Assembly (NCBI RefSeq): GCF_006345805.1
Contig: NW_021829937.1
Span: forward strand, 1-33,593
DNA from: Octopus sinensis
Lineage: Eukaryota
Length of the DNA: 33,593 bases
Direction: 5' to 3'
Part shown: in pieces, positions 11,731 through 23,847 of the stretch
Position numbering within the stretch: position 1 is the stretch's first letter
Layout: every line of letters begins with the position of its first letter
The notes under the pieces: model-generated
Databases searched by the model: none
What the model saw: only the letters and a program-made list of their open reading frames with translations
What the model was told of the DNA's origin: nothing
Position numbers and translations under genes: made by a program

Positions 11731-11900
11731 AATAGTAAGCCCGACATTTTCGTTTCCGACAAATCGAGCAACACAATTATCAAATTGTTTCAAAATCGAG
11801 TAAAATCTCTAACTGGAAATGTGCCTAGATTAAAATCTCCTCGAAAGGAGTGTAATGAAATTGAAAGATTGGTCACTAATAATACCAAGAGAATTACTTT
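11728..11900 (+). mobile_element. REL-endonuclease (R4/NeSL-like) retroelement remnant
   Basis: SKPDIFVSDKSSNTII is similar to the NKPDIFV..DK motif in the 16200-18090 remnants; the right boundary is uncertain. Confidence 0.45.
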
Positions 11901-12227
11901 AGCAGTTAGATAAGGCTAATGTTCTTAAAACAACTCTAAAGACATCTCGTTCGATCATCGTAGCTTTTTCCAAACATTAAGTCAGCAACAGACGCTCAAC
12001 TACACTTTCTTGAAAGTTTGCAGAGCCAGAAAAAAAGATGAGAGGCAAGAAGAACTTTCTTTGTTTACATCGAACGCTCAGTACTCAATTAAACAGTTTA
12101 GTAAAAGTGTTAAAAAAATATTTTCACGTTTAGTAAAAGCCACTCATGTTTTGTAAAGTTGATTAATTAGTTTATTAATAAGAATTAAAGATTGACATAA
12201 AAATATCCAATTTATAAAACGACAAAT

Positions 12228-15200
12228 TCATAGCTTGTGCGACGACAGCAGATCTTCATATAAACAAATATCCGAGGACAATTCACCAATAGTCTTTGAA
12301 AACGAAGAAAAGTCCTATTATATCGCATAATCAAGAATTAACTTTACAAGAAGGACTCCAAACCAAATCAACCACAGGACAACACAATGCTGAGGTAAAT
12401 TGTCTCCTCATAAAGTCGACGTATCCCTCCATAACTCGTTCGTTGAATAGGAACCAGTCAAAAGACGCAATTTCAAACAAAAACGATATCACGTCTTCAC
12501 CAATGATAGAATAATTTGCAGATTTCATCAAAAAAAGACAACTTTCGCTCAACGACACAAAAAACTGATCTCTAAGGCATTTCTAAGCATTTTCTAAGAC
12601 AATAAAATACAAATTCAAAAATTTTGTTTTTGTTGATAAAATCTCTTAAAAATATAACATTTCGCTGACAAAGTTCAATATCAGGTTCCAAAAACGAGGA
12701 CTCATAGGCCTAAGATTTACAAAATATAATAATACTCGGAAAATGAGAATAAACAATGTTTGAACCGATTCAGTACGGAATTCCCCTTGGCAGGACTTTA
12801 AATAAAAAAATTGCCACTGAAACTTCAAAATGGATTCAAAGACATCAAAAATAGCGCGTAGTCCACTCACAGAAGACACATCCTTGAGTCTTTGAGCGAA
12901 ACAACAACAAACTTTTGAAAAAGTATAAAAACGTTTATTTAGCAATATTCCAAGAAATTGTTCTACCATGTCAAAGACAGAAGTATTCACATGTTCAAAG
13001 GCCACTGAAATCAGCTGCAAAAGTCTAAAATTAACTTTCTACGTCCAACCCATCAAACGTGGACGGATTTTCAATCAAATAACAGATATATTCAGATTTA
13101 TAATCGTTGCCCTCAATTAGCGGGCAAAAACACTCACAAAAAATCTAAAAGTCACCTTTCCCCAATATACTATCAATATATTCTTGACAATATTAATAGA
13201 TATATTTTTCTTGAAGCAAATCATGACCGAAGTTATAAACTCGAAATACCTCTGAGTTAGTCCACCTAATTTAAAGACACAGACACTCAACCTCTCAAGA
13301 GTGTGTTTGAATTGAGAAAATGAACACTTCCGTCTATAAAATCCTGCAGCGAGTCCATGCAAATATTTCTACTTTTGGCACAACCGTCGTAATGTAGTGC
13401 AGATATGAATCCAGTACAGCACTCCAGACATAACAAAAAATCATTTTTCACTAAAAATAAGATATTTTATCAACTTAAATCAGTAATTAATGTTTTTACG
13501 AAATACAAATGTTCGGATTTTCGGACGTCCCAATTTTGAAATCTTTCGTTTGGAACACTCCAAGGAAGAATCAAATAATTTGAATAAGCAACACAAATTT
13601 CAACAACAATCTTTACAAAAACCAACAAAAATACAACTTTTCCTGTCAGTTTTGTCCTTGTAGATAAACTACTCAGTTGGGAGACAAATCCTCTGAACGA
13701 TCCCATCAAATTTTCATGAGAAAAAAGCAACGGGGGACGCACCAATTGGACGTATTTCCCAAACATCAAGGCAGCAGATTTCAGCACGTGATTACTCTAA
13801 AATCCCAAAAACAAAAAAAACCAAATTCATATCAGTAAATGCAGCAAATATCAAATTTAAAGGACAAATCAACATGAAAGGAAATGATTCCCAGCCACAG
13901 GCTCTCTGGACTTGTTTCAACCAAAGGCAAAACATTTGACAGCACTCAAACACGTGGATTAGACTAGGATTAAACGATTAACAAACAGTTGGTCGTAGGA
14001 ATAGTTCAGAAGAATTCCTCCAAATTTGACAATACTGACAACTTAATAATCGTTAAAAACCTTTCGAAACAATTCCTCGACAATTCCTGGTATTCCTCAA
14101 AAAACGAGACAAGAAACGGGACAAGGGAACTTACAATAGTGAGGGAAATGATATTTTGTTTGATTAAAGTCGGAGTCACTAAAACATATTAAACCTGAAA
14201 AAAACCGTTATTTGGCAAAGAATCGAAAAAACGTTTCAAATTTTGTTGATTGAACTCAAACTAATTCAATTTGAACATAAAAATAGCAACCAAATGGCCG
14301 AGGATTTCCATTGGATATAAACTGACGACTTTATTGATAATAGAAAGCGTCACATGGGCCAAATCAGTCTGAAAAATCATGGAAGGATAATAAAAACTTC
14401 TTCAACGTAATCTTGTTGCTCTGTCTGGCTTATTTGTACGACTGAGCACATCAGTTCGACTGACTGTAGTGCCAACTTACATGTAAGATCTTTAAAGGCT
14501 AAATTTTGATTTTTTTGAATAAAATCTGGCTTTGATTGGTCAATGTAGTCCAGTAATTTTTCCCAAATTCGAAAACACTCGATCAGGTGGGTTTCATCCT
14601 CCTATTATTTAACGATTAAAAATATATAAACATGACAAAATGTGAACAGTTTTAAAATTTCCATCCATTTAGTTATCGTAAAACTGTTAAATCGAATAAG
14701 GTGTTTGTCGACCAAAATTTTTAAAAAATCAACCAATTCTTTAAAATAACTAAATTAATAAATTAATAATAATAAACTTAATTTCATAAGTATTATTTCT
14801 TATAAATACATTTGAACCGTTAGCAGGCACTTTTGCGAGGTGGTGTTGTAACATGACGAAAGAATGGTTTAATATTTCAGAAATAATCGCGTCATGTTTG
14901 TCAGAAATCGGCTTTTGGTTTATAATTCATTAATAGCACGTAGACTAAGCAAAGATAATTCTCCAGAATCATTAAATCCGTCTAAACAAATAGCCAATAT
15001 CACACAACATTTAAAAGAAATCCCTTCAAGTGCAGCTATATTGAATATAACACTCAACATGTGAGTCCTCAGAGATTCAGTTATCGAAATATGAATCATT
15101 TTTATCATCGAATTCAGTAAATTAGAGCACACAATATTCCAAATATCCCCACATTTTTCGTGTCCAAAATTTTGAAAGCTTGACGTTTCAGATCCTTCTT

Positions 15201-15862
15201 TGACACATAAATTAAAAATATTATCAAGCACATCTAAAAACACACATTTTATTTATTGCCAACTTGTTGACACGTGAAATATCACGGGAATTGAATTGTT
15301 TAGCAAATTTTGTAACGCTTGACTCGTTTTGTAAAGAACTCCCGATGGGTATAAAAACAGTTCAGAAAGACTGAGCATCATTCTTGACCCAACAAGGACA
15401 GTTTCCTTACAGGAAAGCAGCTAAAATGATAAAATTGATCGAGAAAACCTCAAGAATTTGATTGATGACATTATTGGGCTCATATTGAGCTATAAATACG
15501 ACTGTGTGGCATAGTTTTCGGTTTACCACTGGTTTAGGGATGGAAAGGGCCATTTCCCAAATGGACTGGAATATGAGTGATATGTCCTGTTGGTTTGAAG
15601 GCAGAAGACATTTCCTTTTTATGTATTTCTTTGCTAATAAGACTAATGACACCTGAATGATCGAAAGAGCTGAGATTTGGACGAATTCCTCCTGGCTATG
15701 TTGGATAATGTTGAGACATGTGACTCCACAGTCGTCGTTTAGTTCAAATGAGTGTAGTTTGTCCTCTATTAGTTATGGCTGGACTATACGGAGGAGTGAG
15801 GCCTCGGTGGTACAGGGTTGGTGTAACTGGCGGATCAATGAGACTAGTGATGATGCATGCAT
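12228..15862 (-). CDS. XPO6: Exportin-6 (importin-beta family), many 24-28 nt introns
   Basis: N-terminus HQPCTTEAS..., RKLCHTVVFIAQ, INQILE|LLSCKETVLVG; C-terminus FQWQFFYLKS, SFLEPDIELCQRNVIFL, DFSSFSKTIGELSSDICLY. These align with recalled XPO6 motifs (HDCTT, NKLCKVIVDIGR, SFLQPDIHLFKQNLFYL, DLPSF..LVNDLRYY). Stop TGA at 12228-12230; start codon tentative. Confidence 0.85.
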
Positions 15863-16199
15863 AGATTGTCTAGCAATGACGAAAGAGAATATATTTAAAT
15901 ATAGTCATCTCATTTTATAATTAGTAAATGATTTAAATCATTGGTTTTATTAATTTTTGTTAAAATGATATTTTTTTTATTTTAATATATTATTTCTAAA
16001 TTGGGTAATAAGTTGATTTTTGGCAATTTTTCAGATTTTGTTGATTGAGTTCCGAATTTCAAAAGCTGATGATATTTGTGTTAGGAAACGGCTGAAACTC
16101 CAAGTACCGGTTTATTTGATAACTTTGACTAAGAAATTATTTGGCGGAACTTTAAGGCATCTGAGCCAAGTGAAGTTCAAATTGTGGAAGAAACTGTCT

Positions 16200-18090
16200 T
16201 TGTAATTTTACTGGATTTGACAAACTACAACTTCCCTAATGTGAAACTAGGTCATTTCTGGGACTTTGTTTTCTCCAGAGACGGAAGAATGCGGATTACT
16301 TTTTTATTCGAATTGTAAAATGTTTTTATTCATGTCGAATTTATGGAATTAAAAAAAGCAAGAAGTTGAAAGGACACTCGTTGTGTCAATAATGTCGAAA
16401 TCAGAGTTGACACGCCAATTCTGACAGTAACGAAAATCTAGATCAATAAACGCTGTCTCCAATCAACACCGCGTCGCTTGCCTCCGTGCAGGTCGCTGCG
16501 AAGGCAGCGGTGTCTGGTTGAAGGCTCTCCCTCTCCCTTCCATCGGGAACCTGGTGGACAAGGAATGCCTGAGAATGGCAATTTCCCTCCGTGTCGGGCT
16601 GAAAATCTGCCAGTCGCACAAATGCCGTTGCGGGGGAACTGTTGACGAGTACGGTTTGCACCCCCTCGCTTGCCGGCGGAGTGCCGGTCGTGCCCCCCGT
16701 CACAGTGAACTCAATTCGATCATACAGAGAGCCCTCGCTTCAGCTGGCATCCCGTCAATCCTTGAACCTGTTGGACTGGATAGAGGGGACGGCAAACGCC
16801 CAGACGGGTTGTCCACCTTCCCATACGAGCAGGGGAAATCCCTTATTTGGGATTCTGCCTGTTCGGACACGTTCTCGCTTGGAAATCTCGCTCAGTCCGC
16901 CGCCAATCCTGGGCACGCTTCGAGGCAGGCCGAGGACCGAAAGATTCTCAAGTGCGGCCATCTTTCCAACTCGCTGTTCTTTACTCCAATTGCCGTGGAG
17001 TCCTCCGGAATTTTCGGCCCCAAGACACTCCGCTTCGCTCGCTCGGCCGACGGATTTCAAGGACTAGTCATGATCCAAGAGAGTATTCTTGGCTCCTGAA
17101 ACGTCTGTCGATTGCTGTGATCCGAGGGAACGGCTTCGCCATTCGCGAGGCTGGCCGGGTGTCTCGTGACGCCAGTAATTAGCTTAATTATCTTTTCACG
17201 TCCTTATCGTTTTAAAAATTAAAAAAAAATTTTACAATATAAAAAAATAAAAAAAATAAATCTGACATTTTTTGTTTACAAAATGACACAAATAGAACTA
17301 ACTTTAATCGGACACTACATCACAGAACCGCTTTATGCAAGATGAAGTGGAACAATTTTACAAATACGACCTGCTCGCAAACGAATTGTCGGGCCTCTAA
17401 AAGTAAAGATTATTCCAATTGTCTTGACATGGGATGGCGTTGTCTCTAAACTCTTTAAAAGTCATATGAACGTTATTAATCTAAGAACGGTTGTGTTAAA
17501 GGAGACGCTGGAGTATGTTCATTGAACACAGATATGGAATAAAGTTAGACAACGAAGAGTAAGCGTCTGCCGTTAATAAAATGTCGAAATACGAGTCGAT
17601 TCTCAAATAATCAGACACAAATATTCAGTGTAACGAGCCTGAAAAATTTGTGTACGACAAAAATAAGAACAAAATTACTTTCATCAAAGTGGAATTCACT
17701 TTCCAGGACCGTCTGAAGCAGGTCGAGAAATGCCATAAATACGATCTATTGGCAGGAGAGTTGTCAATTCTTTATGACGCTCAAGTGAAATAATTCAAGT
17801 TTTTTAAGAACTACATTAAAAAGTTGGCTATCGAAGACGGAACTCAGTCTTATATACAGTCATTTGTGTTGAAGAAAACACTGGAGAGTATGATTTTTGA
17901 GCACAGGCAGGGGATCAGAATCACTGTTGAGGAGATAAATTCAGCTAATAGCCTCTTAATTGAAGCAAGTCATTCGTATGAAGATAATATGGCGAATGAA
18001 GAAAAAAGAGTCGTAACTAACTTGTAGACGAGGATCAAAGAGTGGTGTTGGTTACTTCATCCTCTAAGAGAAAAAGATTAACCTCTAGAG
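16200..18090 (+). mobile_element. Two tandem degenerate R4/NeSL-like (REL) retroelement 3' fragments; the first is split by a CRE insertion
   Basis: VEIRVDTPILT...NK|PDIF, KYDLLANELS, IIPIVLTWDGVVSK; second copy from ~17578: VEIRVDS..., YDKNKNKITFI, KYDLLAGELS. Confidence 0.7.
16452..17254 (+). mobile_element. 5'-truncated CRE-clade retroelement (zinc knuckle + REL endonuclease)
   Basis: CRCG...HPLAC...GRAPRH, EPVGLDRGDGKRPDG, LIWD, PIAVESSG, RLSIAVIRGN; A-rich tail; short TSD AATAAA (16445-16450, 17255-17260). Confidence 0.9.
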
Positions 18091-18432
18091 GACAATGAAA
18101 TAATATTAACTTAATTATTCTATGTATGTTTTTTTAGAATTAAAAAGGTATCCTTGAATTTTGTAGTTTCCGTCATTGAAATTTTGGAAATAAGCAACAA
18201 AAAGACAATTTGGTTTATAATTACGATAAACAAAAATAAAATTCTAGTTAATATTTTTATTTGTTGTTAAAGATTTAAGTGGATTTATAACAACACATTT
18301 TCTCACTTGCACCATAAAATTTAGTTCCACTTAAATGATGCATCATATGTGCTCTCTTTGATCTTGATACAACATCTGGTCGAGGCAACAATTTAAATTA
18401 GGATATATACAGTCGATAATAATTATTACAAA

Positions 18433-19351
18433 ATGCTTTCTTTATTCCTTATATCACCACTACTAGGTATACTGTTTTAATTAAGACAATACTAGTAATG
18501 AACGAAATGGTTCATAACACAAAAAATGAAATATATTATATTCATACTGATTCTGAATATGATATATCAACAGGAAAAACTATATGCGATACATTCGGAT
18601 TGAAACTGATTTTAATCAATTCTGAAGCAGAAAATAACTTTGTGAGAGGTCAAACTAATTTATCTAAATATACCTTTTAGACTTGTCAGAGGAACACGAA
18701 AAAAACTTTTGGATTGGTTTGGAACACATTAAGAAAAATAATAGTTGGAATGGATATTACAATTTACCATTGGTTTTTTTATTTTTGAACCAAATTTTAG
18801 CGTTACATAAATTGGGGAAATCATCAGCCTTTTAGTTACAGCTGTAATATGTGTGCAGAGTTGGACGAGTGTGGGAAATGGCAGACACTATGCTGTAATG
18901 AGGAAAGAGGCTTGTTATGCACTATACCAAGTTAAATCGAACTTACTGTTTAACTAATAGATACCCGTCTTCATTGTGACGACGTTTATTGCTACTTTGA
19001 ATATTATCAGAAAGTACCCTGCAACATGATGAAGACCGTATGTGAAAAAATCAAAGGAGAGCCAGTCATTCCTGAAAATTTTACAATCAATAAGAACTTA
19101 AATCGTAGTTTTATTATTTGCGATTATTTTACAGAATTGTTTGTCAATTCCTACAACAATATGATTTGGATACAAATTCCACCTAAAAACCAAGTTTGTG
19201 AACAAAATTCAAATTTTAGAAATATCAAAATTGGGCAAATGAATATAGGAACAGTAAAGGAACCTGTGCTACGATGAATGCGTGTGGAAAATGGGAATTT
19301 GCAAATTCTCAAGAATTACACAAGCTTGTATGCAGAGTGAAAAAACCTTAA
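18433..19351 (+). CDS. Secreted protein with two tandem C-type lectin-like domains (6 micro-introns)
   Basis: Signal MLSLFLISPLL. CTLD1: ICDTFGLKLILINSEAENNFV, FWIGL, YINWGNHQPF, CAEL..GKWQTLCC...LLC. CTLD2: CEKIKG, IWIQ, YQNW, CATM..GKWE...LVC. Six GT-AG introns of 26-32 nt restore a single frame to TAA at 19349-19351. Confidence 0.85.
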
Positions 19352-19769
19352 TAATACTCAAAGTCTAGTTAAACCATTAACACAACTAATTTATCGATTT
19401 TTGACTAACTTTTTAATTAATTTGTAAACATTTGTAAACAATATAAAAAAGTTCACAGCATTTTATTAAGCCCAGAGTAAACACTGAAGATTGAAAAATT
19501 GTAGGAAAGCCATCTTTTCAAAAATATGGCTTATTCTTAGCTCTGTGCTCCCATGATTGCCACAGAAACCCAAATAAAAATCATTCACGAAGAATACAAA
19601 TCCTATAAACCATCTTGGATTATTAAAATATTAAATTAATGAAATGCCGCAAAATTATTAAAATTTATGACAGTAAAAATCATGTGTATGATTTGAAAAG
19701 TGACAGGTTTTTACACATCATTTTTATAAAATAGCAAAAACAGTCAAATATTAAAAATAGAGTAATCAA

Positions 19770-21154
19770 CTAATCTTCGTCGGCCTCAACTGGAAATCTG
19801 AGAATAGCACATACACCAGTCATCATGGAGACTTCTACAACAATGAAATAAATTACACGTTTTCCAGAAGAATGCTGACACGAAAGGATCTTGACGCGTC
19901 CATTTCCTCGCCGTATGTCCTCGACAAGACCTCTGTACGTCCTCCGAACACACACGTCCTCATCTCTTCTCAATAACAGAAAATCCAGAACCTCAACAAC
20001 TCATCAGTTATCAATAGCGTATCTACAGCCATCAAATCACGTGCCTTTAAGACATGTTTAGGTCTAAAATGCGACAAATCAAAAACCCATAAATGGCTCG
20101 TTCAGAATCGTTCTCGAGAAGTTTCATGAAGCGATTCAACTCTTTGATCTCATCAACAACTTGGACGTTTTCAAATTTAGAAATGACCTTGGGATCTTGC
20201 AATATTTCTATATTAAATCACTCCACAAACAAGAACGTTGGAGGGAATGTTTAAAACCAGAAGAAGAGTGAACAAGGAGAAATTTTGATTTATTTTGTGC
20301 AAGAACTTTATTTTCCAAAAGAACTTTATCATCCATTATGTACTTATAAAAAGACTCCTTCAAATTTATAAGTAAAAATACTCTATAAAATCCTGGGGAT
20401 GCAATAATAATGCATTTCAACACTACTACTAAACATATTTAAAAAACCATCAAAATTCGCATTTTTAAGCAACGAACGAAGCAACTGTTGATGAAATTTA
20501 TCCACTTGCTGTCATTTACCGACAAATAACCAAACTTTATTAAAATCGCCCATAAAATTGGGTCGTTTCCTGGGAATATTGACTTGAATCTTATCTCGCT
20601 CAATAGTCATAGACTTGGTAATCAGACAAACATAGGCAGTTCCCTCCTGCATTATAATCGCCATGAGATCAGAATTGGTCATTGGGTTGACTGCCTGACT
20701 TAATCTCTCAACACAGTATGAGTCCCATTCTGATTTCCCCAACGTGACTTGTCGGCCGATACCCAACTCTAAAGTGTGGTAGGCTCCGATCTGAGTATAA
20801 ATATATAAAAGAGGACCTTTACATATTTGTTCTCACATACATTCTTCCCTTCTACTCTAATCGTTGCTTCTTTAAGATCAACGTCAATTTTTTCTGATCG
20901 AATTGTGAGTTGAGTTTTCACTTTACAAGTCGTGACGGTCCCTGATGATGATTCGTTCACGACTTTTCTGTTATTAGAAGATTATTTATAAATTACCTTA
21001 AAGCATCTGATCGGAAAACGTCTCCGATATTCATAATGTTATAAAGGGACCAAATATCTTCGGAATCCTCGGGAAGTAAGCTTACATAACTTTATTTATA
21101 TACAAATATGTACCCATCCTGACCAATTGGAGGTATTCTTCCATATATTTTCAT
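19770..21154 (-). CDS. PELO: Pelota/Dom34 ribosome rescue factor (10 micro-introns of ~22-29 nt)
   Basis: LLPEDSEDIWSLYN, RKVVNESSSG, VEGKNVCENKYVK|IGAYHTLEL, MQEGTAYVCLIT, IPRKR, CIIIASPGF, LVHSSSGFKHSL, TGVCAILRFP; the frame is intact after splicing. Confidence 0.97.
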
Positions 21155-21460
21155 TTTCTATTATTTATAGGGTGTTTAAATATATTTAATTATATAATAA
21201 ATATAGTTAATATGTGGACTTTATTTTAAATTAAGTCTTTTAATGTTATGCCAGTAGTAGCTATTAGACATTTGGGGCCTAATAATGAATCAATGGCATT
21301 AAATAGATATATTTAAAATATTTATATTGACGTACCACAAGAATCCTATCCTGTATATAGTTTATTAGAAAATTATTAAATATAATATATATTTATTAAT
21401 AGTAAAGAAAATATTAAATATTATAAAAATTTATTTTGGATAAAAATTGGAAAAGTTCAA

Positions 21461-22420
21461 ACCTGGGCGGTCCGCCTGATGTTTTGCTAAAGGACTTAGC
21501 CAGTCTAATTCCGGCTTTATCCGATATTGGTCTGGTTATTAATTCCAGCAAGTCCGAGATTGTCAATCTCTCTGTTGAGCCATCCCTATTTAAGAACTCC
21601 TTCTCTCTTTTTTGCGGACTCCTTCCTAGTTGAGACAGACACCCCTGTCTGATCTGGAAATTCTGGGGTCACCGATTCTCGCCGTCTCAGCTACACGAAT
21701 CCTCCTTGCCAAAAAAATTTTATAGCATCTCTTTGTGAAAAACTTTCTGCCATTGATTCTCATCCTTCATTCTACATTCTCAAGAACTATTTTTTGATCT
21801 AAAGAAATCGTTTATATCCTGAGGAGTTCACTTTGTTTTTATGTCACGCAAGTGCTGGAATTTTATGATTCCTTGGTTCGGAGGTCCGCCTGTCAGCCAT
21901 ACTCAGGCTCCTGGCTGAATGTACTCCGCTTTTGGATACTGTCCTCGATAGGGATTCACTCCGTTTTGGTATCTGTAATCGCCTTGGACTCCCTGTCTGC
22001 AGACCTCACCCCTGTCGTTGTGGGGATAAAGTTGACGCCTTTGGGCTACATCCTCTGTCTTGTCGAATGAGCGCCGGCCGATTTCCTCGGCACACTGAAA
22101 TTAACAATATAATTCACAAAGCTCTGGAAAGAGCTGGTTTCCCTTCAATTCTGGAACCAAAGGGCTTTGTTTTCAAAGATGCAAAACGTCCAGACGGCTG
22201 TACACTTTTCGGTTTTGAATCCGGGAAGCAGCTCGTTTGGGACGTCACCTGTGCCCACTCTTTTGCCAAGGGAGCTTTGAATTCCACGGTTCGTCGGCCG
22301 ACTAACGCTCCAGAGATCCCAAGGGAATTTATATCCCTTATTCAGAGGATCTCGCTGGCTGTTTTACGCGGGAGTTGTCTTTCAGTCCTGCGAGCCAGTA
22401 CATAATAGCTAGATTCTTTT
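21461..22420 (+). mobile_element. CRE-clade retroelement, 5'-truncated with internal deletions
   Basis: LGGPP...GLVINSSKSE, ILGSPI, then CRCG..HPLSC..GRFPRH, KRPDG, LVWDVTC, QRISLAVLRG. Confidence 0.9.
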
Positions 22421-22538
22421 AACAATTTCCATTGATTTAATTTCAATTAACTTAATTAATTTAAATTATTATTTTTAAATAATATTGTAAATTTTAATAA
22501 ATATTTTAAATTGCTATCTAGTTCACTAGTTGGTGAAA

Positions 22539-23276
22539 ATGTCAAAACAACTAAAAAAGCTTACAATAATGAAGCAACTTAAAGATTTAAAATTCGATAA
22601 AACCAAGCCTTTTACTATCAACATTCCTGCAGGCGCTGCCGCTCCAGTACCCCCTCTTGGCCCAGCCCTTGGATGTGTTGTCATTTTACAACTATTTATA
22701 GAGAAACATTCAAATTGCTGCATTTTGCAAGGATTTTAATGAAAAAACAGAATCTCTCAAAGTCGGCTACCCAACTCCTACCACAATCTCTATAAATGTA
22801 ATGTCGAGCTTTATTCGAAGGCTGATCGGTCTTGTAATACTATTATTCATCCTCCTCCCATAGTCTTTTTGGTCAGACTCGCGGCAGGAGTGGACCCTAA
22901 TTCGGATGCACCACGTGAGCATATATTTAATAATTATTTTATTACTCAATTTAAATTAGAAAATTTTTAATCTGGAAAAATTATTATATTTAATAATTAT
23001 TTTATTACTAAATTTAAATTAGAAAATTTTTTATCTGGAAAAATAACATTAAAGCACGTGTATGAAATTGCACTCGTACAGGCTAAGGATCCATTCCTGA
23101 GAGGCCATTCCCTCCAGTCAATATGCAGAACCGTCGTTAAGGAAGCTCTGAGTGTTGGTATAAGTGTCGTGGACCACATCGATCCTACAGAATATAAGGA
23201 TTTTCTTCAAGGACAAGAGATTGAATATCAGCAATATTTGGTCCAACTTCAACAGAAACGAATTGGAATAAAATAA
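22539..23276 (+). CDS. MRPL11: Mitochondrial ribosomal protein uL11m
   Basis: IPAGAAAPVPPLGPALG, IAAFCKDFNEKT, GKITLKHVYEIA, and the metazoan mito-type C-terminal extension IDPTEYKDFL. Introns 22677-22701, 22798-22820 and 22915-23022. Confidence 0.95.
22922..23045. repeat. 63-bp tandem duplication spanning the MRPL11 intron-3 acceptor
   Basis: ATATTTAATAATTATTTTATTACT(C/A)AATTTAAATTAGAAAATTTTT(A/T)ATCTGGAAAAAT occurs twice; AGs at 22958-22959 and 23021-23022. Confidence 0.9.
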
Positions 23277-23559
23277 CTTAATAAATATGTTTTTGTTGCA
23301 AAAATAAGTAAAAGATTGTTGTTGTCTATACTTCTGAATTGTCTTAGATGAATTAAGTAAAATTTTAAAGAATTTTACAGTCTCTTCACTCTCATTATTT
23401 TAGAAATATGACCATAATTTCCACGATTTTTCCATTAAAAATAGATTCAAACATTTTTCAGAAATTTGTGACATTCTTCGACTTTTCTAATATGTACGCA
23501 ATGATGAATAATTTTAGTATGCTGCATTTTATTAGTTTTTTATATAAAAAGATATTAGA

Positions 23560-23847
23560 CAAAGAATTGGTCCCTGCATGTTAATGAAGAAAAGACCGAA
23601 CACATAAGAATCACAAGAGAATTAAAACATCTTTATGAAAACTGGAGTGAAAAAAAGAAACTGGGATCCCTGCTTTGTAATAGTGGGGACATGATTATAG
23701 AAGAGTCTTAATCAGTGCAATGCATAAGAAAATGCAAAAAATATGGAGTCGATCAAAGCAAATCAAAACAATACTATGAATAGGATTATATAACTCCTAT
23801 ATAAAGCCGGTAGTTGTGGCAACTCGGAAGAGTTCCACTGCCTAGAC
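23560..23847 (+). mobile_element. RTE-like LINE RT C-terminal remnant, cut by the hAT left end
   Basis: NWSLHVNEEKTEHIRI, WSEKKKLGSLL, TLLYKAGS-like motifs in broken frames. Confidence 0.55.
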
